Source of the DNA: Tubiluchus corallicola
Taxonomy: Eukaryota > Animalia > Priapulida
Length of the DNA stretch: 64,000 nt
Assembly (NCBI GenBank): GCA_030141605.1
Contig: JAQGDQ010000507.1
Span: 1-64,000, forward strand
Reading direction: 5' to 3'
A model generated the notes under the pieces. It was given only the letters and a program-made list of their open reading frames with translations. It did no database searches and was not told where the DNA came from. Shown in pieces: positions 39,831 to 52,970 of this stretch (its first letter is position 1; the number at the start of each line of letters is the position of its first letter). The position numbers and the translations under genes are program-made.

Positions 39831-40701
39831 ACTCGTGCCTAGTTTCATACAATGAGTTTCTTTTACGCTGTAATGGGGGCTGGCGCTACAGACAATGCAC
39901 CTGAACTCAATTAAAAACCAATATTATCTTGTGCTTGAATGTCTGTTCAGAAATGTGAATTGAACATGAAGCCATTACACCACGTGTCTTTGATGTCTCA
40001 AAAAGAAACCACGCTCTAAATCATAGTACAATTATTGCAATTCCGTAACCGTTTTCACACTTCATGCCTGCCGCGTGTCAAAATCGTCGTTTTGTTCAAA
40101 CAGAATCCATAGACGAAGCTTTTTCGTAACAGCGTTGTGTTGAGTTGGACTTTTATAAGCTCATATAAAATACTTTAAAGATTTCTAGTTTGAAATTTGT
40201 GACAAGAACGCGTAGATTATTTATAAGTCTCGCGTGCCGTTCTGTTACGATGCCATAATGCTTTATGATTTTCTAGAAACATGACAGAGAGAGAGAGAGA
40301 GGGTCACATTCAGCGGTTGTCTCAGTCAGTACTGTATATTGATGAAACAGATTCTATGTACCTAGAAAGTGCCCAGCTTTTCTCTAAAATTAAAACTGAT
40401 AACTAATTGTATTATTATTTATAACGAATGAAAGGAGAACCCCACATATTGTGTAGCGGGGGTGGGTCAGGCAAGTATAACGAGCCCCTACAGTTTGTAA
40501 AGTAGTGCGTGTGTAAGTAATATATATAGAAATTTATATAGAAACGATAAACTTAAAAGTGACTGAAAACATTATTAACTAACATTTCTTCATTTTTAAA
40601 ATTCGAATATATTATATGTACAGCATGAATTCCATGTAAGAATCAAAACTTTATAACTACATAGCACAATATCGCCTCCAAATAGAAACACATAAAAATA
40701 T

Positions 40702-40820
40702 GTGATGGTGGTGGTGTTGGTGGTGGTGGTGATGGTTGATGGTGATGGTGGTGATGATGGTTGATGGTGGTGGTGGCGGTGGCGATGGCGATGGCGATGG
40801 CGATGACGATGATGATGATA
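40702..40820. repeat. (GGT/GAT)n microsatellite
   Basis: Direct observation. Confidence 0.93.
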
Positions 40821-41519
40821 TACTGCTATATAAAAAACAGGGCTGTAACGTGGAAACCTTCAATTGAATATAATATATAAAAGATGACAAACTGCTGTGA
40901 TTCGTCCAAAGTTGTCACTGTTCGACACCACTTGACCCCCCGAGTCTGGCCTCCTAAGAAAGAGTTACAATAGCTTATATCAGGCAATGTAGTGAGGCAG
41001 AGAATAGAAACTTCCCAGTCCCAACACTCCTTAGGAAATTAATTATAAAGTTCCAACTTACACTAAACCTGTCCTAGGTTAGAAGGCCTGATCTAGGGGC
41101 GGGGGGGTCAAAGGACCTGTCCTCCCTCCCCCTAGCGGACGCCCATGTTGAGAAGCTAGAATCTGATTCATGGTTCATGGTTCAAATGCAAGCTTAGCCT
41201 TGACTTTTCCACATTTTCTTTCTCTTTACATGGTTTGGTCTCAATTTTTCTTAAAAGATTCCAGGTTTTGTTTATTTACAACGGATAATCTTGTAACCAA
41301 TATTATAAACTAATGATTGAATCCAATGTTTGTACACTTAAAGGCCTACTTGTGGCAAGTATTTGGGTAACAGAGCATGTCACCATCCTGCATTACTAAT
41401 TAATCTGTTTGCTGAATAAGAAGCCAAACAGATGCACAGTTGATATTTATTCCATATGCACACAATCCATGTCTTGACCAGTCAAGTAACCAAGACTCAC
41501 TGCTACAGTATAATGTGTC

Positions 41520-42563
41520 GTGTACTGCTGCTGTACAGTGTAAAAGAATACTGCTCATTACAGCACTACAGTGTAGAAGAATATTTCTCATTACAGCAGT
41601 ACAGTGTACAAGAATACTGCCCACTGCAGCTGTACTGTGTACAAGACAACTGCTCATTGCAGCTGTACTGTGTAGAAGAAAACTGCTCATTGCAGCTGTA
41701 CTGTGTAGAAGAAAACTGCTCATTACAGCTGTTCTGTGTATAAGACCACTGCTCATTACAGCTGTACTGTGTACAAGACCACTGCTCATTACAGCTGTAC
41801 TGTGTACAAGACCACTGCTCATTGCAGCTGTACAGTGTAGAAGACCACTGCTCATTGCAGCTGTACTGTGTATAAGCCCACTGCTCATTGCAGCTGTACT
41901 GTGTACAAGACCATTGCTCATTGCAGCTGTACTGTGTAGAAGACAACTGCTCATTGCAGTTGTACTGTGTAGAAGAATACTGCTCATTACAGCTGTACTG
42001 TGTAGAAGAATACTGCTCATTGCAGCTGTACTGTGTAGAAGAATACTGCCCACTGCAGCTGTACTGTGTACAAGACAACTGCTCATTGCAGCTGTACTGT
42101 GTAGAAGAACACTACTCATTGCAGTTGTACTGTGTAGAAGAATACTGCTCATTACAGCTGTACTGTGTAGAAGAATACTGTTCATTGCAGCTGTACTGTG
42201 TAGAAGAATACTGCCCACTACAGCTGTACTGTGTACAAGACAACTGCTCATTGCAGCTGTACTGTGTAGAAGAACACTACTCATTGCAGCTATACAGTGT
42301 AGAAGAATACGGCCTATTGCAGCAGTACAGTGCACAGGAATACGTCTCACTGCAGCTGTACAGTGTAGAAGACAACTGCTCATTGCAGCTGCACCGTGTA
42401 GAAGACCACTGCTCATTGCAGCTGTACTGTGTACAAGCCCACTGCTCATTGCAGATGTACTGTGTTCAAGACCATTGCTCATTGCAGCTGTACTGTGTAC
42501 AAGCCACTGCTCATTGCAGCTGTACTGTGTACACGCCACTGCTCATTGCAGCTGTACAGTGTA
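41520..42563. repeat. 33 bp minisatellite, ~31 copies
   Basis: Unit ctgctcattgcagctgtactgtgtagaagaata. Confidence 0.97.
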
Positions 42564-43635
42564 GATAACAAAAATTTAATGAAAACTGAACAGAGAATAG
42601 ATGTGATCCCTGAAATCTGTGGAAATATTATTATAAACTCATTTCTGTAAAGCTTTTCCTTCCCATTACATGAATCCCACAATATTTACTGCCTCAGTAG
42701 GAATCTAATCGCGATTTCTAAACGTGATAATGACTAGGAAATTTTTGACGAAAACTCCAATATGATGACGTTTTAATACAGCCAAGAGCATTAGCAAGCA
42801 GAGAAAGTTTCAAAAAATACACAATAACCCGTTACACTGTTAGTGTAATAACTACTAATACAGGTAAAGATTTTTTTGTACATAACATTTTGGAATTTTT
42901 TGTATAAATACAGAACAGAAAGAAAGTAAGACGGACAGACTTCCAGACAGAAAGCAGACGCACTACACCGTCTAGTCGGCTGCTCCTCTTGCGCCCTCTA
43001 TGCCAGTGGAACAGGTGCTGCGATGTAAAGAACCACAGCTCAATTATAGAATGGCCGCATCTCTGCGTACTTATAGACGCCAGTATGCACTGAATTCGCA
43101 ACGGACAATTCCACTACGGGAGTGGGGGGGGGGGGTGTATGAAAATAAACGGCATTTCGCGCACACAACATTATGTACTCTAACGATAGAAGAAAATGGG
43201 TTAAAAGCTTGCGTGTAGGACTGTAAAATAACGACGAAGCGACAAAGAGTCTTTAATTCAGCATAAAGCGTGATGAGAAACGCGCTTCTGATAAACATTT
43301 TCGTTAGATGATGCAAGTAAATATAAATTTAAAGATGTGATGTTAACAAGCTTCCTGTTAAAATTATGATGACGATGAGGATTAAATTAAACAACTAATA
43401 ACAACAGCTTAATATTAATTCCAAGAATATCAAATGACATAAGATGATAGGCTTATATTCTATTTTGCTTTTTGAACAAACTAAATACTTCAGATGTTTA
43501 CAGTTGATTTAAAGTGTAATTCACAATACAATAAAAATTACAATTAGGCGAGTAACCAACCAACTTGCTTCGTAGCTGTACTCTAATTGTTACTGTTGTT
43601 ATTTAAATATTATCTATACGAATAACTTATAAACT

Positions 43636-44101
43636 GTACCATAATTCTAAGCGTTCTGTCCATGTATTGTAATTCTAAGCGCTCTGTCCATGTAACATAA
43701 TTCTAAACATTCTGTCTATGTACCATAATTCTAAACGTTCTGTCCATGTACCGTAATTCTAAGTGTTCTGTCTATGTACCGTAATTCTAAGCATTCTGTC
43801 TATGAACCATAATTCTAAGTGTTCTGTCCATGTACCTTAATTCTAAGTGTTCCGTCTACGTACCATAATTCTAAGCGTTCTGTCTATGTACCATAATTCT
43901 AATGTTCTGTGTATGTACCATAATTCTAAGCGTTCTGTCTATGTACCATAATTCTAACGCTCTGTGTATGTACCATAATTCTAAGTGCTCTGTCTATGTA
44001 ACATAATTCTAAGCGTTCTGTCCATTGTACCATAATTCTAAGTGTTCTGTCTATGTACCATAATTCTAAGCATTGGGTCTATGTTCCATAATTCTAAGCA
44101 T
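43636..44101. repeat. 28 bp minisatellite, ~17 copies
   Basis: Unit gtaccataattctaagcgttctgtctat. Confidence 0.95.
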
Positions 44102-44591
44102 TATCTCTGAGCTACAAAAGCCTGTAATTGCACTAACTGTGTGTCAAATGAAGTGTTGAATTAATTGTAAATTCTTGGAAATTATTCTTTTATTAGCAAG
44201 CTTTTTTTATTTAGTACCTTGCACTCAGCAATTGTACTGCGAAAATACATGCATTAGACAATTCAAACTAAACTGTAACTGAGGTAACAAATCAAGGTTA
44301 ATCACGCCAGATTAGTATAAGCTTATCCTGTATTTTTCAAGGTCATATTTCTTTTAGTGCAACAGCTTTACTATACAATATTGAGCAATTTCAGTAGCTA
44401 TTACACACTGATGATGATGACAAAGATCAATAATGTTATAAAATCCTGACAAGTTCTTCGACTGTCATACCTGTTGATTACCTCCTGGGGTGGGATGACG
44501 GGAGATCACGTCTGATAAACAACTACATAAACTGCAACCACATAAATCAAATGGCGGATGAAACTTCCCAGAGCGAGTACTGAACTCAAAC

Positions 44592-44636
44592 GGTCACGCA
44601 TCCATTAACTGACCTGACTTTGCGTTGCTTGACTTC
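44592..44636 (-). pseudogene. 5S rRNA-derived segment (SINE3-like head or pseudogene)
   Basis: Minus strand GAAGTCAAGCAACGCAAAGTCAGGTCAGTTAATGGATGCGTGACC aligns with the 5S internal control region (GAAGCTAAGCA...TGGATGGGAGACC). Confidence 0.6.
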
Positions 44637-45223
44637 AACCTCAAATCACTCAGGCATTCGCCCCTCCTACAGCACCCAATTTGCTACGATACAAAAACAA
44701 TCCCTGTGAGACCCACAAATGCAAAAGGACATCCGCAAAGAAAACGTACTAAAACGTGCAGTGTACCATCTCATAATTAAGCTAACGTACCACACACGCC
44801 TTAGTAGAGAAATGCCCTGCAAAACGAAACGAACTTGCTGAAAAGCAACGTGTCGATTAGTTGTCATAGACACGGCCGCTCACTTATACTAATATTGATT
44901 AAACAAATTTTCAAATATTAAAACAAGTTTGTGTGTGCTGAAGCCAAGTAGTGTGCTGAAGCCAGGTGATATTACAGAAATGTAACTAGCAGAGCTGTTA
45001 CGTGTCAGCAAAATCGTTAAGTTGTACAAACACCGTCCATAGTAAGTGTTCACAACTCGGTCGAGTGCATATACTTGAGTCACAGATATGTGTACATGCA
45101 AAATAAGTCATAGATAGTCACAGCAGGTGTCAGCAATTGCTGGCAAGTCGGTCAAGTGTATGTACTCGAATCATAAATATGTGCGAGTCATATGAGTCAT
45201 AGATATGTGTACGTGTCATTAAA

Positions 45224-46015
45224 GTCATAGATATGTATACAGTTCACATATTTTAAATGAAACATCCCCCATAGAAAGTTCACGAAACATTGCAGTGCAC
45301 AGACACTGTTTCTACGTTTCGTGATTCAGAACACTTCGTCATTCTAGTTACAGACTATTCACTGATACGCGGACAGACAGACATACACACAAACGAGATA
45401 GATTACTCGATAGTTCCAGTCATAGATGTGTATACAGGTCATATGTTTTAAATGAAACATCCCCCATAGAAAGCTCACGAAACATTGCAGTGCACAGACA
45501 CTGTTTCTACGTTTCGTGATTCAGAACACTTCGTCATTCTAGTTACAGAGTGTTCACTGATAGACGGACAGACAGACATACACACAAACGAGATAGATTA
45601 CTCGATAGTTCCAGTCATAGATGTGTATACAGGTCACATGTTTTAAATGAAACATCCCCCATAGAAAGTTCACGAAACATTGCAGTGCACAGACACTGTT
45701 TCTACGTTTCGTGATTCAGAACACTTCGTCATTCTAGTTACAGAGTGTTCACTGATAGACGGACAGACAGACATACACACAAACGAGATAGATTACTCGA
45801 TAGTTCCAGTCATAGATGTGTATACAGGTCACATGTTTTAAATGAAACATCCCCCATAGAAAGTTCACGAAACATTGCAGTGCACAGACACTGTTTCTAC
45901 GTTTCGTGATTCAGAACACTTCGTCATTCTAGTTACAGAGTGTTCACTGATAGACGGACAGACAGACATACACACAAACAAGATAGATTACTCGATAGTT
46001 CCTCCTTTATAGAAG
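45224..46015 (+). repeat. 195 bp tandem repeat, 4 copies, HINE-like core
   Basis: Units start at ~45224, 45419, 45614 and 45809. Each contains gtttcgtga and a gacggacagacagacatacacac tract, and an imperfect hairpin follows the last unit. Confidence 0.93.
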
Positions 46016-46489
46016 CACTACAATAATAACAAACGTTAATTGGCTTCGAGCATTCTGTCAATAGACTCATGCGAATCCTTTTACGTTCTGTCAACGTCAG
46101 CAACTTTGACAGTCAATAACGAAAACAAGCGAGATAAAAAAAAACAATAACTTGTGAGAATAACCCAAGCCAGGTATCACTACTAGGCTTAGTGTTCTAT
46201 ACCGACGTCTAAGTTTCAAGCCAAACATAAATAAGAGAGAACATTGTTCTTCTGACTGGTAGATGCTACAGAAAAGGTCATTGGTGTAGAAACTGGAGAA
46301 ACTGGAAAGACCAGAAGAGTAAACGAGCTGTTACTCACTCACAAGGCAGTTTTTGTCACAAAAGGAGTAGTGTTCTATGCTCCTATGCATACAAACACAT
46401 TATCTGATATGACTCATTCATACTAACAATAACCAATATAAATCGTCGAATAAAAGTAATGAATCTTTACGAGTTAAGCTTCGGCCTTG

Positions 46490-46572
46490 TGGCTTGATAG
46501 CTCAAATGGTTTGAGCATGTAGCATGAAATCACAAGGTTATGGGTTCGAGTCCCGGCTGACTCATAATTTTT
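46490..46572 (+). pseudogene. tRNA-like Pol III element
   Basis: A box TAGCTCAAATGG, B box GGTTCGAGTCC, T5 run just downstream. The acceptor and anticodon stems pair poorly. Confidence 0.7.
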
Positions 46573-46947
46573 CAGACCCTCTTCTTCCTAAACTTGACTG
46601 TTAATTAGTCTAGTCAAAGATCTTTTCCCTATTTTCTCCTGGAGTATATAAGTAGTGTACCACAAAAACAACTTTTCAATCATGTATCACGTGACTTTTG
46701 CATACCGCTAAAGACAGGAAGCCATGACTGGTCAATGCACCCAAGTGAACAACAGTACAGCACAGATTTAATGTATCCGACAGTCATGATGATTTAAACT
46801 CCTCTCTAGTCTAAGTAAAATGTAGTAATTGCCGTGATCAATTAGGGGCATGTAGAGAATTCACGTCGTACTTAACATGCTGTTTCCTGCATATCATCTT
46901 TTAAAATGTTGTCTAGTCCAAAGGAAAGCTGTTCGTGCTTTGCGTCG

Positions 46948-47195
46948 AATGGTATGGTCCAATGGTAGCGTGCTCGGTTACCCCAACCGGAGGTCGAGGG
47001 TTCAATTCCCGACTGAGTCAAACCAAAGACTTAAAAAATGGTACCGCTGGTTCTTTGACAAAACATCGAAGGTATATCGAAGTAAAATGCGAGTAATAAT
47101 AAACGGGACCACCTTGGAAATAAGTAATGAGTTACTTAACGTAGCATCCTTGGACTTCACAGGACGTAGTAAGTATGACACGCTAAAAAATTATC
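46948..47195 (+). mobile_element. tRNA-derived SINE, possibly with a Meta/MESC-type core
   Basis: A box TGGTCCAATGG, B box GGTTCAATTCC, then GAGTCAAACCAAAGACTTAAAAAATGGTA, which I recall as the start of the Meta/MESC core. Confidence 0.6.
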
Positions 47196-47300
47196 TCTTA
47201 ATGTACGACTGGTGAATTATGTAATGACTACTCCATCTAATACAGTTTGTAGGGGATTTCTATGAAACCATTTTTCTAACCATACTCTGTGATATTTATA

Positions 47301-47933
47301 AGCAAAACCAGACCCAATTTTAAACTGCAGGTCAAAACAATCTACTCCTTAAAATATTGAAAGCAAACATACTATTTTTTTCAAAAATGACTTACGTGAA
47401 AGAATTATTACCACACAAACGCAATTTTAGCGTTCGCGCCACTAGTTCTTCGCTGTGGCATGCATTTCGCCATTTGCTAGTTAGATGGGCACTAGCGCCT
47501 ACATCTCAGAAACACGTTGCACAAAAACAGGTACTGTACCACTCAGTTCAGATGTGTTAGTTTGCGGCGAACTACACACGTTCGACAGCTCATGCGTGAG
47601 CACAGCAGTAAATGTGAAATTTTAATTTTCATCTTAAAACTCGAGTTGTAGCACAACACACCGAATCACTTACAGTAGCACTGTACTTCAATTTTCTCCT
47701 TTGCAAACACGTGCAACACGCTCGTGGGTTATATGCGTTGCTGAAAATAACGCTAGTTTGTGATGTCATCAATACTTGGGCTCGCCCGTACTTAACCAAG
47801 ATTTTAATCTGTTATTTAGTTATCAGAATGTAGTATATTGCAGTACTTTTGCAATATATTATTGGTGTTAAAATGGATACTTTTTACCGTATTGAAAAAT
47901 GGGGTAATATATGAAAAATCATACTGTCTTCCT
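47301..47933 (+). mobile_element. Kolobok-like MITE, family B
   Basis: tata|AGCAAAACCAGAC...CTGTCTTCCT|TTAA; reverse-complement homolog of 58628-59245. Confidence 0.85.
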
Positions 47934-48321
47934 TTAATAAATACCCCGTGATGGCTGTAACTCCAATGAAACCTCACAACTGCAGCCATTGATAGACTTC
48001 TTTTACCCGCTTAGAGACCAAAATGCGGTCGCTAAAAGCTTTAAATGCCTCTAACGGGATTCTAAAGTAGATGTGATGGCAAATCCATTATATACTGTCA
48101 TTAGCAGACTAGCATGCTGTACATGTCATGAAGGTATTACTGCTAATGTCACTACTAATGAGCATTTCAGGTATTCATTTATACGGGTCACGGTCCCATA
48201 TTTTACTCTGTCTGGTTAGTACCTAGCGGCTATGCAAAAACAGGTAGGAGGTTAAAAACCCACAAATTATTAAATTTTGATACCAAACTTGATGGACAGG
48301 AAATGCAAAAAAAATTGGAAT

Positions 48322-48386
48322 GCAGCCTAGATTTGAATCGGGGACTTTCTTCTTACACTGCAAACACCTTAGACTATTAGACCATC
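48322..48386 (-). pseudogene. Degenerate tRNA-like element
   Basis: Minus strand TGGTCTAATAG...GATTCAAATCT followed by a T-run. Confidence 0.45.
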
Positions 48387-48634
48387 TCATTCCCAACACA
48401 AGGCAGTCCGAAGTTCATTGATTATAGCTGGCCAACCAAATTCAGCATTTCCTATGTTAATTGTTAATCGCTCACACCAGAGTGATCCTAATTAGATTAT
48501 TTTTTTACTCTGATTAAATGAGAGCCTGAAATTTCCATGGGCGATTAATTAACTAATAACTATTATAACGTTAATGTCAACATTGCTATTGATGATGTTA
48601 CAAATAGTAGTAAGCTCTTAGTGTGAGGACCAAG

Positions 48635-49090
48635 CCATGTCAAGACAGAGACACATAACACAAACAGGCCTGGGCATTCACTGACCATGTAAAGACAGAC
48701 ACATGACACAAACAGGCCTGGGCATTCACTGACCATGTCAACACAGAGCACATGACACAAACAGGCCTGAGTATTCAGTGACCATGTCAAGACAGAGAAC
48801 ACATGACACAAACAGGCCTGGACATTCACTGACTATGTCAAGACAGAGAAACAGAGAACACATGACACAAACAGGCCTGAGCATTCACTGACCATGTCAA
48901 GACAGAGACACATGACACAAACAGGCCTGGGCATTCACTGACCATGTCAAGGCAGAGACACATGACACAAGCAGGCCTGGGCATTCACTGACCATGTCAA
49001 AACAAGAGAACATCTGACACAAACTAGTGTGAGAACCAAGCCTGGGCATTCACTGACCATGTCAAGACAGAGAACACGTGACACAAACCT
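48635..49090. repeat. ~50 bp minisatellite, ~9 copies
   Basis: Unit ccatgtcaagacagagacacatgacacaaacaggcctgggcattcactga. Confidence 0.95.
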
Positions 49091-49178
49091 GTTCACTAAG
49101 CATGGAACGCAATGTTTCTTGAGACATGCTTTAAAACTCCCTTTTCTTTCCGTTTACCTAGGCAAAGCAGCAACTTAC

Positions 49179-49264
49179 CTTCAGTGTTCAATGGCTTCCT
49201 TTTGGAAAACAGTCAACTCAACTTTATTACCAATTCCAAGATGATTCCATGAATAAATCATGAC
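49179..49264 (-). other. Candidate non-coding (5' UTR-type) exon, 86 bp
   Basis: Acceptor with a T-run ending tttgtAG; donor AAG|GTAAGT. Stops in all three frames; contains a short ORF MIYSWNHLGIGNKVELTVFQKEAIEH*. Confidence 0.45.
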
Positions 49265-50489
49265 CTACAAAAAAGTGACCAATTAACAATTGATATGTTT
49301 CTAAGAAGGACCCTGCAAAAGAGTGAAGACATGGTCAGGAAGGCACGTGACCTGCCTACGTCACAACCAAACTGTTCGCCATTTTGGTGTTTTGTTATAG
49401 CAGTTGTGTGGAACTCGAGAATTCACACGCACATCTAGGATTTTAAAAAATAAAAGCCAAGTCTCTGGGGAAGTTGAGCTTATTTTAATATTTGGGAAAA
49501 ATGTTAGAAAGTTTTAGCAATAAAAATGATAAGCATCTCGTGTAATTAGTAAAATCAATTTAATGTCGTGATCACTTTACGCTTGGGGGCGCTCATCTTA
49601 GACGAAAAATGGCGTCATCCGGTTTCCGTGCAATATAAACACTTATCCCGCCAGGTGATTCAGAATCCTTTTTAACTTATAGAGCGAACTCTATAAACTA
49701 AGTAACCAGCTCGGCACCTACTACGTGCTGGCAAGTTTACATGTGCATCTAAAAGTCAACAAAAATCTGTAAACTAATTACTTACACAATTAATGTTAAT
49801 TACTTACACATTTTAAGGTGTAATATCCTGTGGATTAAAGCAATGTAACCACTTAAATTTGATCATAATTGATCGAATGACTAATTTCTAGATAAACATA
49901 GTTAAACACAACATTAGAATAACGGAATTTCTCAACAACATGTGGAAATTTCTCAACGCGTACCTTCACACAGCTTGCCTCGATGCCCAGCATACACCAG
50001 CTTACGTCATTTTTTTAAAATATGCCGGCATCAACGATTGTTTGGCGGGAGATAAGACATATTTAAATATCTTTTACATTTTAAGCAAAGCATTCTATGC
50101 GCATATATTGTGTAGTGATTTCAATATTTTTAATTGTACATTAAAATGCAATAAATGTTCGAGGGTTGGTTCTTCCTTCACGAAGTCATACTTCTACGGG
50201 CTGTATCAGAAATACGCGCAACGGAAACGGCAACAACTACTACTCACTTACTGCTTGCATGCCAGCTATCACGTCATTCATGTCATATTAAACGCAGAGT
50301 TGACTGGATAATCGCATCACCTCCAGCTAATAGTTCTCACTACTACACAACATACCACTTTTGCTGCTGGTCGGTTGCTCCAATGTTTCGTGCAAAATAG
50401 CCGCTAATCTCCATTTAACGTTAGTCACACAAGTATGTGAGAATTTTAAACCAACAATTAAGGTTAAAGACTATTAAAAACAGTGAGAT

Positions 50490-51150
50490 AATCCGGATTT
50501 GAACCTAGAAGCTTTTGATATCGGGTCACACGCTCTAGCCAATTAAAAGAAAACCGGACAATTGTGTTAAAATTAGTTCAGAATAAAGAATGCTCTAAAA
50601 ATATTGGAAACTACAATAGCTTTTTTTAAATCAAAGCTTAGATTAAATAATAATGACCTCGGATACTTACATTCCTTTAAACTTTCAAAGCTACGCGCGG
50701 CTCAGTGAATCTACTAAGATTGGCAGCGGCGCCTTTTTGTCACATTCGCTTGGTCGACAAATGGAATGCGGTACGGTGATAACCATGATCGTGAACTGCA
50801 GTGTTAGTTTCTGACGTCATATGATGTAGAGCCCATTTTTCGTGACATCACGCGTTTAGACTGTAACACTTATGCGAATGTGCTTGACGCGCAAGGGAAG
50901 ACGTCTTCAGCAGCGTTAAACAGTACTGTTACACTTGCAAGGGTAGACGCCTGCCATTGCACAAACTGTGGTTAGTTTCTGACGTAAGCAACAGCTGTGT
51001 TCGGTTGCCGTTAATTAACTTTCTAAGCTAATTATTCAAATACAAGAAACAATTACTAACTTTTACAGGCAAGAAAATGTATATTTCGGACAGTAAATTA
51101 AAATAAGATTGAGTCTAAAGAATCATTCTGTTTTCCTTTAAACTATTAAC
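50490..51150 (-). pseudogene. tRNA-like element split by a family-A MITE
   Basis: Removing the MITE and one TTAA restores minus-strand TAGTTTAATTGGCTAGAGCG...GGTTCAAATCC. Confidence 0.6.
50547..51137 (+). mobile_element. Kolobok-like MITE, family A
   Basis: TTAA|AAGAAAACCGGAC...GTTTTCCT|TTAA; colinear with 28668-29214. Confidence 0.85.
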
Positions 51151-51491
51151 TTAGTGGGCTAAAGCAAGCCTAAATTCTGATACAGCATACGATCAGTAGC
51201 TTGAGCTGATTTGGTCTCTTCTTTCCATAATCAAAAATTTACGTCTGTAAAAACCACTCCTAATACTGGTGACTTTCAAATCTACATTTCTGTTTTAGTG
51301 TCATAATATCCCAAACCAATAGAAAGATAGTGTCATCATATCCCAAACGCCAGCAAGTACTAATCATAGCGTTTGTTGACAATAACTCAAACACGTCCCA
51401 GATCTAAATCAATTTGAATCAGGTTACTAATATAATCTCTGATAATTTGTCTAGGCAAGGCAATTTATTAGACTACGTGTCAGTAGTAGGG

Positions 51492-51760
51492 AGTGATCAC
51501 TGATGACAATAATAGTTGTGCTGTACAACAGCTTACAATGACGATGGCAATGCCAATTAAGATGACAGTGACGATAATGATAATGATGACGCTGACGGTC
51601 CTAATGATTAACGATGAAAATAATAATAATGGCGATGATGGCTACGGTATAATAATAATAATGGTAATCATGGTTACAGTGATGACATATATGATGATGA
51701 TGACAATGGCGACAATGTCAACATCGACAATAACGATAACTATGATGACGACAATGAAGT
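51492..51760. repeat. Degenerate (GAT/AAT/GAC)n tract
   Basis: Direct observation. Confidence 0.8.
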
Positions 51761-52031
51761 GGCATGATTCACCATCTCAGACCACCCAATTTAGCTTTAA
51801 TACCGAACTATTTAGTGATAATTTACACCAACTCGGTGACAAATGTCTTTTGACATTTTCCTTTCCTTTCAGTAACTACTAACAGCAAACGAGTTGAAAG
51901 TATCACATATTTAAAGGTTCTATTTTCCGAAAAGCAGATTTAGTGGCCGTATGTCAAGCAGAAAGAACAAAATCGCATTGTAAACAAAACAAATCAGTTA
52001 ATTATAATTAGACAATCACTACTCACAAATT

Positions 52032-52390
52032 CAGGCCCATACTATAGGCATGTACAGGCTGCAGCCTACAGGGCCCCTCTCAAGCTTGGGGAGCCTCTAG
52101 GTAACATTTGGAAAAAATCACTTTTTTCACTTCGGCTGTGTTGCCTTATGTACTAATTTGATTTGCAATAACTAGTAAAATAGTGGTATTTTTTAAAGAA
52201 TATATTTATTGACAAACAAAAGATAGCTATCCTACTTTAAAGAATTTGCGATAAGTTTACTTCGAGCTATGTAAATGTCGCTAAAACATCACGAGTAAAA
52301 ATATTCAAAACGGAAGAGGGGGAATTCGAAGGGGGGTTCGGTCCAATAATTTCACTAGCCTAGGGGCCCACAAGGTCATAATCAAGCTGC
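52032..52390. mobile_element. Decayed hAT-like MITE
   Basis: GC-rich subterminal motifs gcctacagggccc and gcctaggggccc at both ends of an AT-rich core. Confidence 0.35.
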
Positions 52391-52970
52391 TATTAAGTTA
52401 CGTTTAAACCAACAATTCAAATCTGCTTACAGACAATGACATACATTTTGTAACTGTAACAATGAACTTAAAATATCTAATGAAAAACTGAACTGAATAC
52501 ATAAAATGTCAAAGGTCGATCATTAGCCAATACGAATGTTCGAGCAACTATCTATTTTTTAAACTTTCATTGAAAATGGGGTAATTACTAGATAGGCGTA
52601 TCAATTAACAGTGGAATAAACCCAATTTGCCTGAAATTTGTACCAAGCCTGCACTGAACACGGGAACTTGCGGTTGTCAGTCCAACAACTAGACTACACA
52701 GTCCCTTGTGAATAACGCGAACTATGTTATTAGTTTAGTTTTGTACATTGTTTTACGAAATGTATTAATTTTGGATTTGCTCCTTTATTTCACAACACTC
52801 ATCCGACACGAGTGTAGCTCAAACATACCTTCAATATTATGCATTCCTTTAGTTTCTAGTCTAGTCTACCAAAGTATACTAGAGAAATATAATATAGAAA
52901 ATTTCTCTCGATTTTTCTCTCTACAAGCGCATCACTTAGGAATTGAGACCGGTAGATGAGACAGTGCACA

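Noticed and set aside
41400-42568. Overlapping 374 and 379 aa ORFs
   Set aside because: Translations of a 33 bp minisatellite.
45310-45350. Hammerhead-like minus-strand motif ATGACGAAGTG..CACGAAAC in each 195 bp unit
   Set aside because: The first conserved C of CUGANGA is missing, I found no convincing stems I and III, and the motif fits the HINE-type gtttcgtga body.
46490-46564. Functional tRNA gene
   Set aside because: The acceptor and anticodon stems do not pair well, so it is listed only as tRNA-like.
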